Shown here: positions 37,763 through 55,000 of the stretch, in pieces
Numbering within the stretch: position 1 is the first letter of the stretch
How the letters are laid out: each line of letters begins with the position of its first letter
Assembly (NCBI GenBank): GCA_949358305.1
Contig: OX442314.1
Location: 21,328,001 to 21,392,000 of the forward strand
Direction: 5' to 3'
From: Strigamia acuminata
Taxonomy: Eukaryota
Length of the DNA stretch: 64,000 bases
Notes under the pieces: generated by a model
The model's input: the letters and a program-made list of their open reading frames with translations, nothing else
The model's database searches: none
What the model was told of the DNA's origin: nothing
Position numbers and translations under genes: made by a program

Positions 37763-39667
37763 TAGTTCGGGTGGCAATACTTAAAGTTTAATTTTTTTTA
37801 AAGAATAATGCCGTCTGTCGCGTGGAATGACTTGACGTTTTCCCCATGCGATGAACTCTAGACGACGATAGAACCCATAAAATAAGCATTGACTATCTAA
37901 TTCTCCTGGCGACGAGTCTGCAACGTTTTATTACTGATGCAGGTGCCGCGTGGAAATAAGCTCAGGTTTTCATTTACATTTCCTTAATAATAATATAAAA
38001 AAGCTCATTATATTAGATCCCGTTTTATCAATACCAAAAGTAATGGGGAACACCAAACCCGATTATTATTTCTTCGTGAAATTGTGTCGAGTTCCAATTC
38101 GACATCACAGTATTTTGACGTTTCTCTTTTTACAGGGAACTTGTTGCACTTGAGTGTGTTTATCATGAAAGTTTTGACGAGTTTGCATTCAATAGATGAA
38201 GATGTGTTTTTTCCTACATGGCAGATGTGTCTGCTTTTGTCACACAGTCTACAACAGATCAATACAAAGCATTATCGCATGCACGCATATAAATGCGCGT
38301 AACTCCTGGGCGATGCTACGTGCTTTTCACATTATTATCCTGCCCTATCCGAGCGCCTGAGTGGTTGGCATGGTCGCAGTTCAAAGCCGATACGAGGACG
38401 CTACCAGGATTATTTTTAAGAAGATGGGTAAAAAATAAATCCAATTGGAATTGCACTATAACCAAAACGTTTTAGGTGCGATGCAAAGCCGGAGTTTACT
38501 GCGCATTGCTTGTTAATGAACCGTTCGCTATAAAAGCAAAGTGTTGTAAAATGTTTTTCACGTATTTCTTCGGGTTTCTTTTTTGTTCTTTTTTTTTCGA
38601 GAAAATATTCCTGGGCGATTGGTTTCTGTTCTATAGGAGGTCTGAAGTCGCAGGTGCACTTAACTATTCATTCGATTCAACCAGTCGTTCGGTTTGGATA
38701 GAAATTTCGCCTTTTTGGTCTTTGAAAACCTTTCACTTGGCCCCTAAAAGCTGCGCTCGGAAGAGAATAGATGGTCTTGTGCGAGGAGCGTAAATCACTT
38801 TTATTCGCACTTCTTTCGCTCGAGTTAAGCGACTAATGTTCAATTTTGGTTGGTTGCATCTTGAAAATATTCGCAAGTTAAATGTTTCCCACGATGGGGT
38901 TTTCTTCTAACCTTGGCGTTTTATCGATTTTCAATCACAAGCTTCCGCGCGTCCAAAAATCAATAACATTTTTTTAATCGAACCAAACACGCATGAAAAT
39001 CTATACTCATTCGGTGTAATTTTTCAAAGTGGCCGGGTGAGAGAGAGATGAAATGAAAAAATAATGTATCGATTGAGTTTACATTATTGTTATTGTTATG
39101 ATGATAAAGGAACTGGAATTGTATATTTTCTTTTGATGATTTGTTGAGTTATTGACATTGCGGGAGGTCAATAATAAATGGGAAAAGAAAAATGTCTAAA
39201 AAAAAGTAACTCGAGTGTCATTCACGTTCACGACTTATGTCGTTATTTCATGCATCGCAACATCTGTAAGAACTTTGTTATCTCTGTTGTGAAAAAAGAA
39301 ACAATTATTTGGTTAAATTTTGATGTAGCAATTGATTTTGTGGCATTTTTGTTTGTTTTTTTTATCTGAGAAGGAAATTACTTTTAAGCTTTTAACAACA
39401 CTTTTGTAGTTATAACAAAAGTAATTTGCAGAAGAGTTATTTTTCTGATTCGATTCTTGACGTGCATGTACTAAATTGAATTTTGTTTTTAATTTCGTTG
39501 AAATGTCAGAGAAGAAAAACAAAGAGAAAAAACATGCAATATTGATTCGGAATCAAAACTTCTCATTTCCTTTTAACGATTTTATTTCAGGGAATCGAAT
39601 GATAATAAATAAAAAGTAACTGAAAAATACAATTTAAGAATCTTTTTTTTTTTTTTTTTTTGGAAAA

Positions 39668-39698
<31 letters not shown>

Positions 39699-39754
39699 TT
39701 CTAATTATTGTTTTTTTTTTAAGAGATCAATTTCAATTGCAAATTTTTTGGTTA

Positions 39755-39762
39755 TATCGATA
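39755..39762. promoter_or_regulatory. DRE core-promoter motif upstream of CCT2
   Basis: TATCGATA about 130 bp upstream of the CCT2 ATG; ATCGATAACCTGAC is repeated at ~39789. Confidence 0.55.
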
Positions 39763-39889
39763 ACCTGACTTGCTGTTGCATAAAAGGAATCGATAACCTG
39801 ACCTATTTCGATGTTCTCTCACGAGAGGCCGCAACGATAGAACACAATTGCATTTCATTCCTTAGTGCTGTTAGGCTTATTCATTCACA

Positions 39890-42220
39890 ATGTCGGTAAG
39901 TAACAAAAATATCATTTGGTGTGATTTAAGTAACCTAAATGTTTCAAAAAGAGCATTAATAGTGCATATAGACTCTGAACATTAATCGAGCTATGAGATT
40001 TTAGTTAGAATTGTGAAAAACAGATGAAAAGAGTGGCGGCCATGTGGTCGTCTGACATTACCGTTTAAGGCGTTCTAGTTTCACGTTAATTTTTTGTAAT
40101 TCTCAGGTTGGTATGGCACTGAACCCGATTCAGATCTTGAAAAATGAAGCTGAAGAAGAAAGGGCTGAAACAGCTCGACTTTCTTCCTTCGTTGGCGCAA
40201 TCGCTATAGGTGATTTAGTGAAGACCACTTTAGGCCCGAAAGGAATGGTAAGAAAAAGCACGAAAAAACTAAATTTCGACTATTTAATTTTTAACAAATA
40301 TTTTCATTTTAGGATAAGATTTTGGTGAGTGTTGGTCGCAATTCAGGCACCGTGGAAGTGACAAATGATGGTGCGACAATTCTTAAGGCCGTTGGTGTGG
40401 ATAATCCAGCGGCGAAGGTTTTAGTTGGTAAATTCTGCCAAATTGAACGAATTTGAAGAAGTTTATTGAATTTTTGCATTTATTTAGATATATCCAAAGT
40501 TCAGGATGACGAAGTTGGTGATGGAACAACTTCAGTAGCTGTTTTAGCGAGTGAATTGTTAAAAGAAGCTGAATTACTTGTTTCGATGAAAATTCATCCG
40601 CAAACAATCATTTCTGGGTGGCGAAAATCCACCGACGAAGCTCTGCGAACACTAACAGCAGCAGCTAGAGATAACGGGTAAAAAGACAGCGAAAAATATA
40701 TTTACATTTTGTTATTAATGTTTATAATTCATTATTTCTCTATTAGGAATTATCCTGAGCAATTCGCTATCGATCTGACGAACATTGCTCGGACAACTCT
40801 CAGCTCTAAGATATTGTCTCAACACAAGGAGTTCTTTTCCAAACTGGCTGTCGAAGCTGTTTTAAGATTAAAGGTTTATTTTTTGTTGATTTGATAACGG
40901 GGGTAAATTTTCCATTGACATTATTTTTGTATTAGCGCACTGGAACTTTGGAAGCCATCCAAATTCTGAAGAAACTCGGTGGAAATTTGACAGATTCATT
41001 CTTAGACGAAGGTAAAATTGAATTAAATTATGTAGTTCGTGAAATAAATAATAAACCGGCTATCTCTAGGGTTTCTATTGGATAAGAAAATCGGTTTACA
41101 TCAACCGAAACGTGTAGAGAAAGCGAACATCTTGGTTGCTAACACTCCAATGGACACTGATAAAATTAAAATCTTCGGCTCACGCGTACGAGTAGATTCA
41201 ACAGCCAAAGTGGCCGAATTGGAGTTGGCAGAAAAAGAGAAAATGAAGGAAAAAGTTGATATGATTCTCAAACATAACGTCAATGTCTTTATTAACAGGT
41301 TTTTTTTAATTTAATTTAATTCGATTTAATTTTTTTTTGAATTTAACACTTAATTGACTTTACAGACAACTGATTTACAATTATCCCGAACAATTGTTTG
41401 CCGACGCTGGTGTTATGGCGATCGAACACGCCGATTTTGATGGGATTGAGCGTCTGGCTCTCGTGACCGGTGGAGAAATCGTTTCCACGTTTGGAAACCC
41501 CGAGCAAGTGAAATTGGGCCATTGTGATCTTATCGAAGAGATCATGATCGGTGAAGACAAACTGATTAAGTTTTCGGGAGTTGCGATGGGAGAAGCGTGC
41601 ACCATCGTATTGCGTGCCGCTACCCAGCAGATTTTAGACGAGGCTGAACGTTCTCTTCACGATGCTCTTTGCGTCCTTTCGCAAACGATCAAGGAGACAC
41701 GAACGGTCTATGGAGGCGGTAAGTTAATTCCAACCGTTATAAGGCAAATTTTTTTTAATTTCTTGTATTTTTAGGGTGTTCGGAGATGTTAATGGCCAAC
41801 GCGGTGTCCCGTTTGGCAGCGAAAACACCTGGAAAGGAATCCGTAGCTATGGAATCGTTTGCTAAGGCTTTGCGACAGTTGCCGACCATTATAGCGGATA
41901 ATGGCGGTTACGATAGTGCGCAATTGGTGTCTGAATTGCGTGCCGCGCACAGTGCGGGAAAAGACAGTTTTGGATTAAGTAATAAAATTAGTTTGTTTTT
42001 TCTTTTTCAATTTAATTAATTTTTTTCTTATCTTGTTTCAATGCTAGATATGGATGAAGGCCGAATTGACGATATGATAACCAGAGGTATTACCGAGTCG
42101 TACCTCGTTAAACGACAAGTGCTGGTGAGCGCGGCTGAAGCTGCCGAGATGATACTCCGTGTCGATAATATCATCAAAGCCGCGCCGCGCAAACGCGCTC
42201 CTGATAACAGAATGCATTAA
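39890..42220 (+). CDS. CCT2: T-complex protein 1 subunit beta (spliced, multi-exon)
   Basis: Micro first exon ATGTCG|GTAAG (39890-39895), then [100 protein letters not shown] at 42218-42220. Confidence 0.96.
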
Positions 42221-42580
42221 AAAGCTTGTTAATTCCATAATAATCATTTTTTTATACGATGAAAATAAATTCGTTGTAGATTATGCTCCAGAAGTAATTG
42301 TTTGATCACTTCAAAAAAAAAGGAAAGTTACATTCCATTACCTACAACTTTTATTTCGAACAAATCCACATTACTTCTTTACCATGATTACATTAACCCA
42401 TTGAGTTTTACAAAATGAGTGAGTTAAATTTCGCATTGTACCTGAACCGGAAGTAAATTAAATCAATGGAGTTTTTAGGAGTGAAATTTAAATTTTTTTT
42501 TTTTAATAACGAGAAAAAAATAATGATGCGCATAAATGGGTATAAGTTTCAAATTGTAGAACGCCGACAAATCTTCGCTT

Positions 42581-45147
<2,567 letters not shown>

Positions 45148-45342
45148 TTTGCACTTTAAATGATGACGATTTTAAATTAACAAGGCGTCTATTTATCGAG
45201 AATCCGGTCGTGACGTAGTACTTTCTCTGGGTTTCTGCGGGGTTACCGAAGCAATGACGACGATACACGCGTTACAAAATTCTAGATAAAACTACGCGCG
45301 CGACATCTCTCGAAGTTACGAGGAAATAACATACTATTGCAA

Positions 45343-46765
45343 ATGGCCGAGTGTGATTTTAGATATAGACGTTCTCTAGCTGAGAATTCGTGGCTTGCAA
45401 CCAGCAGTGTTGAAAGTCTTTCAGATCTGTAAGCTGACAAATGAATAGAATAAATTTTAAAAAAAAATTTTAACCTTTTTTTATTTTTATTTTCAAAATT
45501 TTAATTCACTAATTTCAGATGCATTTCGGAGGTGATGAAAACAATTCCATTGTACATTGACTTTATCTCAACACTGCCTCAAAATTTAAAGGATAAATTT
45601 CTCTGGCTGATGTGCAAACGAGGGATCATAACCGATGAAAACATTGACGCAGTAATGAATAAACTCGCGATAATGCATCAATGTTGTTTCCTACTGTAAT
45701 TCTCCGCGTTAATTTCAGGTTATAAGCAAAAGAACGAAGATTCTTGATCTGATAGAGTGCGATGTAACCGACAGAGCATTAGAGAAGATATCAATATGTA
45801 GTAATTTGAGAATTTTGGATCTAAACGCGGTCAAATGCGACCGGGCAACAATTACTTCCCAAGGTTTATGTATTTTGTTGTCATTTTGTAAATACAAATC
45901 GAAAAATATGTCTTTTAATTTACCGTATTTTATCGATTAAGAGCCGCGGTTCTTATTCAAAACTGCCATTTTTGTCAGAAATTACAATTTCGGTTTTTCG
46001 TTTGTTACATTTGTTCGATGTAACAAATGAAGTCTGAACGTCACGAACGAAGCGTACTTTCATCGTTCGTGAGGTTAAATACGGAAACAATACCGTACTT
46101 TTGCAAAAATACAGTACTCTTTGTGTCTCAGCCGCGGCTACTATTCGAGGGCGACTCTTAATCGGTAAAATACGGTAATTTTTATATTTAATACAGGACT
46201 TGGGTTGATATTTTGCAATTGCCATTTTCTCCACGCCGTGTATTTACGTCGTTGTATCACGGTCGATGATTTAGCGATAATCATTTTGGCCAAACATTGC
46301 CCAGCTTTAAGGGAAATTAACTTAGGAGGCTGTGAACTAATTACCGATGATTCACTAGCAGCATTAGCTGAAAATTGTCGGGTTTTGCAAAGCATACAAG
46401 TTTCAAAAACCAAAGTTACCGATTCGGGCATTTACAAATTAGCTCATGGCGTTTGTCAGAAATCTTTGACTGTAAATTCGGTCCTTTTGAACGAAAATTT
46501 AGTTTTGATTTCATTTGTACATATTTTATAGGAAATAACGATGAACGGGTGTGTTAATTTGACCGAAGATTCGGTAGAAATTGTGATGAACAGCTGTCCA
46601 AATGTGACTTTGTTAGACTTTCACGATTGTCCAAATATTACTGGTAAATAATTTTTTTTTTAAAAAAATTGTGAAAGAAGATGAGTTTACTGTTTTATGA
46701 TGATTGCAGATCATTCCAGACAGTACACGGGAAAAGTAAAGCAAATGATGTGGACAGTGTACTAA
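45343..46765 (+). CDS. AMN1: Protein AMN1 homolog (leucine-rich repeat), spliced
   Basis: VESLSDLCISEVMK...LPQNLKDKFLWLMCKRGIITDENI...LRRCITVDD...INLGGCELITDDSLAALAENC...CPNITDHSR...KQMMWTVY* follows human AMN1 colinearly, including the WTVY C-terminus. Confidence 0.88.
45923..46175. mobile_element. Tc1/mariner-pogo type MITE in an AMN1 intron
   Basis: TA|CCGTATTTTATCGATTAAGAGCCGC ... GCGACTCTTAATCGGTAAAATACGG|TA; ~25-bp TIRs with two mismatches, TA TSD. Confidence 0.88.
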
Positions 46766-47123
46766 GGCGTAACGTTTAATGTTTGTACATATAATTTTCT
46801 TGTAAACAGTTCTGTTTGTACTTAAATTAAAAATAAATGTGTGTTAAAAAAGAAGCATTTTTCCTTGGCAACTAAAACATAATGGAAAAACGAGAAAGAA
46901 AAAAAAAGAACTATCCAATGAATTATAAACGCTGTTGATAAGATAAATACCACATGCGCGTCATTTTTGATACTATCGTCGTAGCTCATCATGTGACCAC
47001 TGGGGGCGCTTTAAAAGGTTGTTGGCGCGACTACTCACGCAGATCACATAGCTTCGTTTCGGGTAGTGACTAAAACGCTCTCCTTTTGTACTCCGTGAAT
47101 AGTTTGCACTTATTTGCTCAAAA

Positions 47124-49694
47124 ATGAGTGGACGTGATAAAGCAGCGCAGCAGCTAAGCAACTTCAAAGCAGCTCAGTCGGTGTGTAGCCATTTTGTTAA
47201 TGTTCAATTGAAAATTCACTCACTTTTATTTAATCCAATATTGCGATATGCAAAAAAAAAAAAGGAAAATTGCATAAGTTGGTTTAATTAACTACAAACT
47301 TGCTTTTGAGTTTTTTTGGTGATTAATTAACACATTGAATATTCAGCTTGAAGTTAGATATCCTCCATGTCCTTGGAATTTTTCATATGGCGGGAGGAAG
47401 AAAAAAAAAAACAGGACAACCTTGAAATTAATCATTTTTCCTCCCAATGAGATTACCGTAATTTGGCTATTAAAACAAAAATGCCATTTTTCATCCAACC
47501 GTAATGATATAAACTTTTCTGCATCAATGAGCACGAAACCCTGTCTGATGTTTGCGTTTTTTGATGTAGAAAGCCGAGCAATTGACAACTGCTGGAGGTG
47601 CGCCAGTGGGATGTATGACAAACATGATGACCGCTGGTCCTCGTGGACCAGCGTTGCTGCAAGATATGGTTTTTTTGGACGAATTATCGCATTTTTCGAG
47701 AGAGCGGATTCCGGAGAGAGTCGTCCATGCGAAAGGAGCAGGTGCGTTTATTATTTAATTTAAAAAATAAAATAATGTAAAAAAAAAGTTGAAATAACAT
47801 TTAATTTAATTAATATTCAGGTGCATTTGGTTACTTCGAGGTCACGCATGACATAACTCGATACACTAAAGCGAAGGTGTTTGAGCAAATCGGCAAAAAA
47901 ACACCAATTGCCGTTCGATTTTCAACCGTTGGTAAGTTTCGGTATTAATTTGCTCAAATCGGATTATAATTTGCGTATTTTTCGTTCGAAATGCAGCTGG
48001 GGAAAAAGGTTCGGCCGATTCGGTGCGAGATCCGCGAGGATTTGCGGTCAAATTTTACACCGAAGAAGGAAATTGGGACTTGACTGGAAACAACACTCCG
48101 ATATTTTTTATCCGCGATGCCATTTTGGTAAACATGATATCAGTTTATCAAGTGCACTTTTTGTTAACCTGATTTTTTTTCTGTTATCAGTTCCCAAGTT
48201 TCATCCGCTCGCAGAAACGCAATCCCGAAACAAATCTTAGGGTTATCTATCATTCACTTTTATCATTTATTTTATCTCAATATATTTGAAGAGTAAAGTT
48301 TGTTTTATATTAATTATTTTATTTTATTTATAATATATTAGGATCCAGACGCGTTTTGGGATTTCATTACATTACGTCAAGAAACAGCTCACCAAGTGTC
48401 CTTTTTGTTTTCCGATCGTGGTTTGCCCGATGGCTTTAGACACATGAATGGATATGGAAGTCACACTTTCAAACTTGTTAATGCAAAAGACGAAGCGGTG
48501 TATTGTAAATTCCACTACAAGGTAATTAATTAGTCAAGAACGAATATAATTGTTACGAAAATAATTAAATTTGGACGTTTTTATTCCAGACGAATCAAGG
48601 AATAAAGGGCTTGACTCCGGAAAAGGGTGGTGAATTGCAAACCGAAGAGCCTGATTATGCTACTCGTGACCTCTACAACGCGATTGCGAATGAAAACTTC
48701 CCGAGTTGGACTTTTTACATTCAAGTCATGACGTTTGCTCAGGCTGAAAAGTTTCAGTGGAATCCATTTGATTTAACCAAGGTATAAACAGGAAAAAAAA
48801 CACATTTTACTCTAACGCAGGATTTTTTTTAAAAAACATTTCCTTGTTTTCTTTTCTGATACAATTGTTATTTCGCACTTGTTTCAGGTGTGGCCTCAGA
48901 AAGATTATCCACTTATTCCAGTGGGAAAATTCACTTTGAATAGAAACCCTGCCAATTATTTTGCCGAAGTGGAACAAATTGCTTTTTCACCCGCTCACTT
49001 GGTGCCTGGAATCGAACCCAGTCCCGACAAAATGTTGCAGGTTGAAATAAACGTTTCGGTTTAAAAAATTGTTTAAAAACTATTTAAATCACTCAGGGTC
49101 GTTTGTTTTCGTACGACGATACTCATCGCCATCGATTGGGTGCCAACTTCCTGCAAATCCCAGTTAACTGTCCTTATCGCAGTCGTATTCGTCACTACCA
49201 ACGCGATGGACCGATGAATGTTGGCGATAACCAGGCCGGTGCTCCGAACTACTTCCCCAATAGTTTTAGCGGGCCAAATCACGACGAAAAGTACTTGGAG
49301 CACAAGTTTACAACAACTCCGGATTGCCAGCGACATATTGCTGATAATGATGATAACTACTCCCAAGTTACCACTTTCTGGAAAAAAGTAACGACAAATT
49401 CTATAGAGAAATATCAATCGTTGATTGTTTTTTTCTCGCGTTTAGGTTTTGACACCCGACCATCGTCAGAGATTGGTTGAGAACATGGCCGGTCATGTGA
49501 AGAACGCTCAAGAGTCCATGCAGGAGCGCTGCATCGCAATGTTTACTAAAGTTGACCCTGCGTACGGACAAGGAATTCGCGATGCTTTGCAAAAATACAA
49601 AGGATCGGTAACTATAGTTACACGATTGGTGTTGAGGTGGATTTGTAATAGATTGCTCTTTGTTTTGCAGAAGGGCTTGCAACATCATTTGTAA
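47124..49694 (+). CDS. Cat: Monofunctional heme catalase, spliced
   Basis: [34 protein letters not shown] (distal His); [28 protein letters not shown] (distal Asn); [21 protein letters not shown] (proximal Tyr); ends KGLQHHL*. Confidence 0.97.
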
Positions 49695-50083
49695 GTTGAA
49701 GTGGAGAACGATATGGAATTCATCAGTTTATTACTCTTAATGGGAAATAATTGGTTTTGTTATTGTTTTTGAAAAGAAAAACTATACTGCAATTTCAGAT
49801 AAACTATAATTATTGGTTATTGGTTATGGATTGATTTTTTTTCCTCCATTGATATTAATTATATTAATTATAGCAACTTTTACTTTGGATATATCTTGAA
49901 TTTATATCACATTTATTACAGTTTAACTGTTTCTTTTCTTTATTTACAATAAAGCAAGTTTATGCAAGGTATTGAAGTATTGTTTCGAATCTCTCTTGAT
50001 GGTTTATAACACTTCACACTTTACAACAAAGGATTAAATTACAACAAATTGTCCTTGCGTCAAAATCATTCATTACAATATAT

Positions 50084-51730
<1,647 letters not shown>

Positions 51731-52014
51731 CATTATTCATTTGGATTTTGTGTTGTTTGTTGCTGTTTTTTCAAAGAAAAAAAGAAAAAAAACAATTCCA
51801 TTTTAAAAGGACAAATGTTTGTATATGCAGTTTATAGCATTTAAAAACTACATAATAAAATCGGAATGTGGATAGAAGAAAAACTTAAAAATAATTTGAA
51901 ATGATTTGGTATTTCAAAAAAGTTTATTTCAATTTTTTTTTCAAATTTGAAAGATAATAATTTACTGAATAAACAAATTACTTAGTTTATGCGAGCAATT
52001 TATTGATTTTTTTT

Positions 52015-55000
52015 TTAATTTGGAGTGCAGCTTTCCTGTAGAGCTTGTCGTTTTAATGAAATCAATTTGTCCATTGTCAAAATGGCAATTTTTTTTATTT
52101 CTGCCGTTTCGGAATCGCTGCTTTTGACTAAAAGCTTTTTAATGGTCTTTGTGTCAAGCAAACCCAGAACACTTCGCTCAAAACAGTTCATAATCTTGCT
52201 AAATAAAATTAAAAATTACATTTTTTTAAAAAAAATCTTATCTACAGCTTGACAACTGAAATAGCATTCACTAAATTGCATACTACAGAAAATGTATGGA
52301 TTTGAGCATGACAAGTTCCTCCAACATCTCATCTTCCGACTTATTTTCAATTATACATAATGCGACTTTAATCATCTGATTCAAATGCGGATACAATAGT
52401 TGAGTTATATCTTGACAAAAAAAAAATTATGGCTTTTAACTCTCTAAAATTTCAAAGTTATTAATTAAAATCACACAATTTATAGTGACGTCATCTCCTT
52501 TGAATGCAGTGAGAACGCCACCATAGGCACTCAAGAATTTGCCATGTATATCATTTAAATTCAGTAACCTATTAGACATCTGCAAACATAAACAAATTGG
52601 CTATTTTAAAGTCTCCATTGACGAATCTTTTATTCTTTTTTTTACCATGTATAATTTATCCATTTGGGTTTGAACCGACATCAATACCACGATTATTTCT
52701 ACGTGATTTTTCAACTGAGGCCCAACCGCTATTGTAATTTCACCAATTACTGACAAAATACTTTCTTTTAATCTCTGACTGACACAGCCATTCTAAACAC
52801 ACAAAACATCAAAAACAAATGTAGTCAGAGGTCTATAAAAGTTTTGGCTTACTTGTAAATGTTTTAACAAGGTTGGTAATATATCACCACTAAAACAAAC
52901 TACTTGATCTGCAATATTTTGACAAATACATTGAATTAATTGAATAACTGCAATGCAAACCTGTACGAATAAAAAGGCTATTTAAATTCACATCATAATT
53001 GAATGTCTGCAATTTTAAATTCTTACTTGATATCTTTTTGGATTTTTTAATTCGGAAATAAGAAAAGGATGTAACAGATCTATATGCTTACTAAATTCAT
53101 GTTTTAGTTCTACATTTAGAAGTCATTAAGAATTGTTTAGATCTATTTATAATTTATTATTTACAACTAAATTCTTACTTTTAACTAATGTAGCAATTGT
53201 GTAAAAGGTAATTGACCTAACATTCGAATTGTAAACACTTTTAATAAATATTTGAAGCAAGGAAGGCACAATCAAATACGATAAATCATAAGCCTCATCA
53301 TCAGGCATCTTTTGGAGAACAGCCTAAGCAAGATGTAAACAAACATTAAAACAACAAAAATAAAGTTCACCATCTTTTGGTGATGTAATTAATTAAGTTC
53401 ATTAGGTACAAAGTTTCTGTTTTCACCATTTACGGAGTTTCTATTAACAGAATGGACATAAAAAAAAAAACAGCCAAAAACCATCACCAAAAACTGCAAA
53501 AACTAAAAGTGGTTTATGCCTGGTTTTAGTTTTTACAACCAAACTCAAAATGGCTGCTACAAAATTAAGATCGAGGGGTCAAACTTCCCAAGTGTCCTAA
53601 TGTTGTCAGGCGAAGCTTCCACCTCCTAAAACGTAAGTAAATGCATACAAATTAGTGGGCCACAACCACAATTCGTTGGTTGAATGAAACTAAAGGAACT
53701 TTTAATCGCAAGACCGAGACGTAAAAAGTTACAACATGAATGGACACAAAAACTAAACAGCCTCAGCCTCACACACAATTACGGTGAGCGTGTTTTTGTA
53801 TATTCTGTTTGGCTGTTTATATAAATGCCAAAAACGACATAAACAATAACTTTGAACCCGCCTAAAGTCCTTATTCAAAATACACAAGTAAAGGATCACT
53901 TACTTCCAACGTGGCCAACAAAGACGAAGTCACCGCAAAATTCTCCAGCTTTTGTTCAATTTGAAGATGATGTTGGATGATAACTGGAGCGACTTTTCCT
54001 ATCATTTGATAACAATGCTGCAAAAATACAAACCACAATAGACGTTAAATTGCTTTACTTTCCTATAAAAGTCTCAGGACTTCAGGACAATTGTCCACAA
54101 TTCCTTTCAAAGCTTCATACACAAATGCAAGTAAACCTTCATCAATATCATCCCTAAATTTCAAGTTAAATGTCACATCACATTACAGGTTTTTGCGTAA
54201 CATTTTAATCACTTACCTATTCATAGTTTCCAACAATTTTTCCACTATTGGATCGAAATATTGAATCAAGAAAATTTCCCCCGTTGGGCTTAAAGCCATT
54301 AATTCAAACGATGCGTCTGCTATGAATTGCAATGCCTGATAGCAGGGAAGCGAACTACATTATAAATTGTCACCAAAAAGCCATAAATCCTACCTTGCCT
54401 TGCAAAAATGTGATGCAATTTCAGGCTCCATATTCAGCCCTTGCAACACAGTATCTATTAGCAGTTTTACGTGGTTTTGTTGCATTTCAAGTTTTGCCAT
54501 GACCAAAGACAGTTTCTCAATACTAATTGCTACAGACACTTGAACTTCGATGTGGTCATCATTGGTTAATGCTTCTAGTAATATCGGCAATATTTCTTCA
54601 GCCAATGCCAGTGATTTTATACCACTGCCCCAACCAAATGAATCTACACAAACAAATCTTGCAATTCTCGTGTGAAAAATCCTTCTAGATCAAACTTACT
54701 AAATGCAACGACTGATGCGTTTCTTAATCGCCAATCTTTGCTAGCGATATTAGTTCTGAAGAAAGTTAAAAGGAAATTTTGTATAACAGAATCATCTGAC
54801 CAAGTAGCCAATGTTGAAAGACAAACAGTTGCTGGCTGTACGCAATTTCCATCCTACACACAAGTCTTGCCCCAAATCAAATCACTAAATCTTATAAACG
54901 AACGCAAAACCATAGAAACAATATACCAGACCTGATTAGTAATAACATTCATCAAAACTTCCAGTAAATCGGGCAAAATTATTTTGGTGTAGTTCCAACT

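Noticed and set aside
38350..38400. tRNA/SINE-like A-box and B-box (CCTGAGTGGTT ... GTTCAAAGCC)
   Set aside because: Boxes are too close together and no cloverleaf can be formed.
591..39522. Short six-frame ORFs in the non-coding half
   Set aside because: Low-complexity F/I/K/N-rich translations typical of AT-rich DNA, many with non-ATG starts; no homology recognised.
39896..40106. Possible snoRNA in CCT2 intron 1
   Set aside because: No convincing RTGATGA C box with terminal stem; GGCGGCCATGT is better explained as a YY1-like site.
47170..47190. AGCTCAGTCGGT tRNA A-box-like string
   Set aside because: It is the catalase exon 1/intron 1 boundary; no B-box follows.
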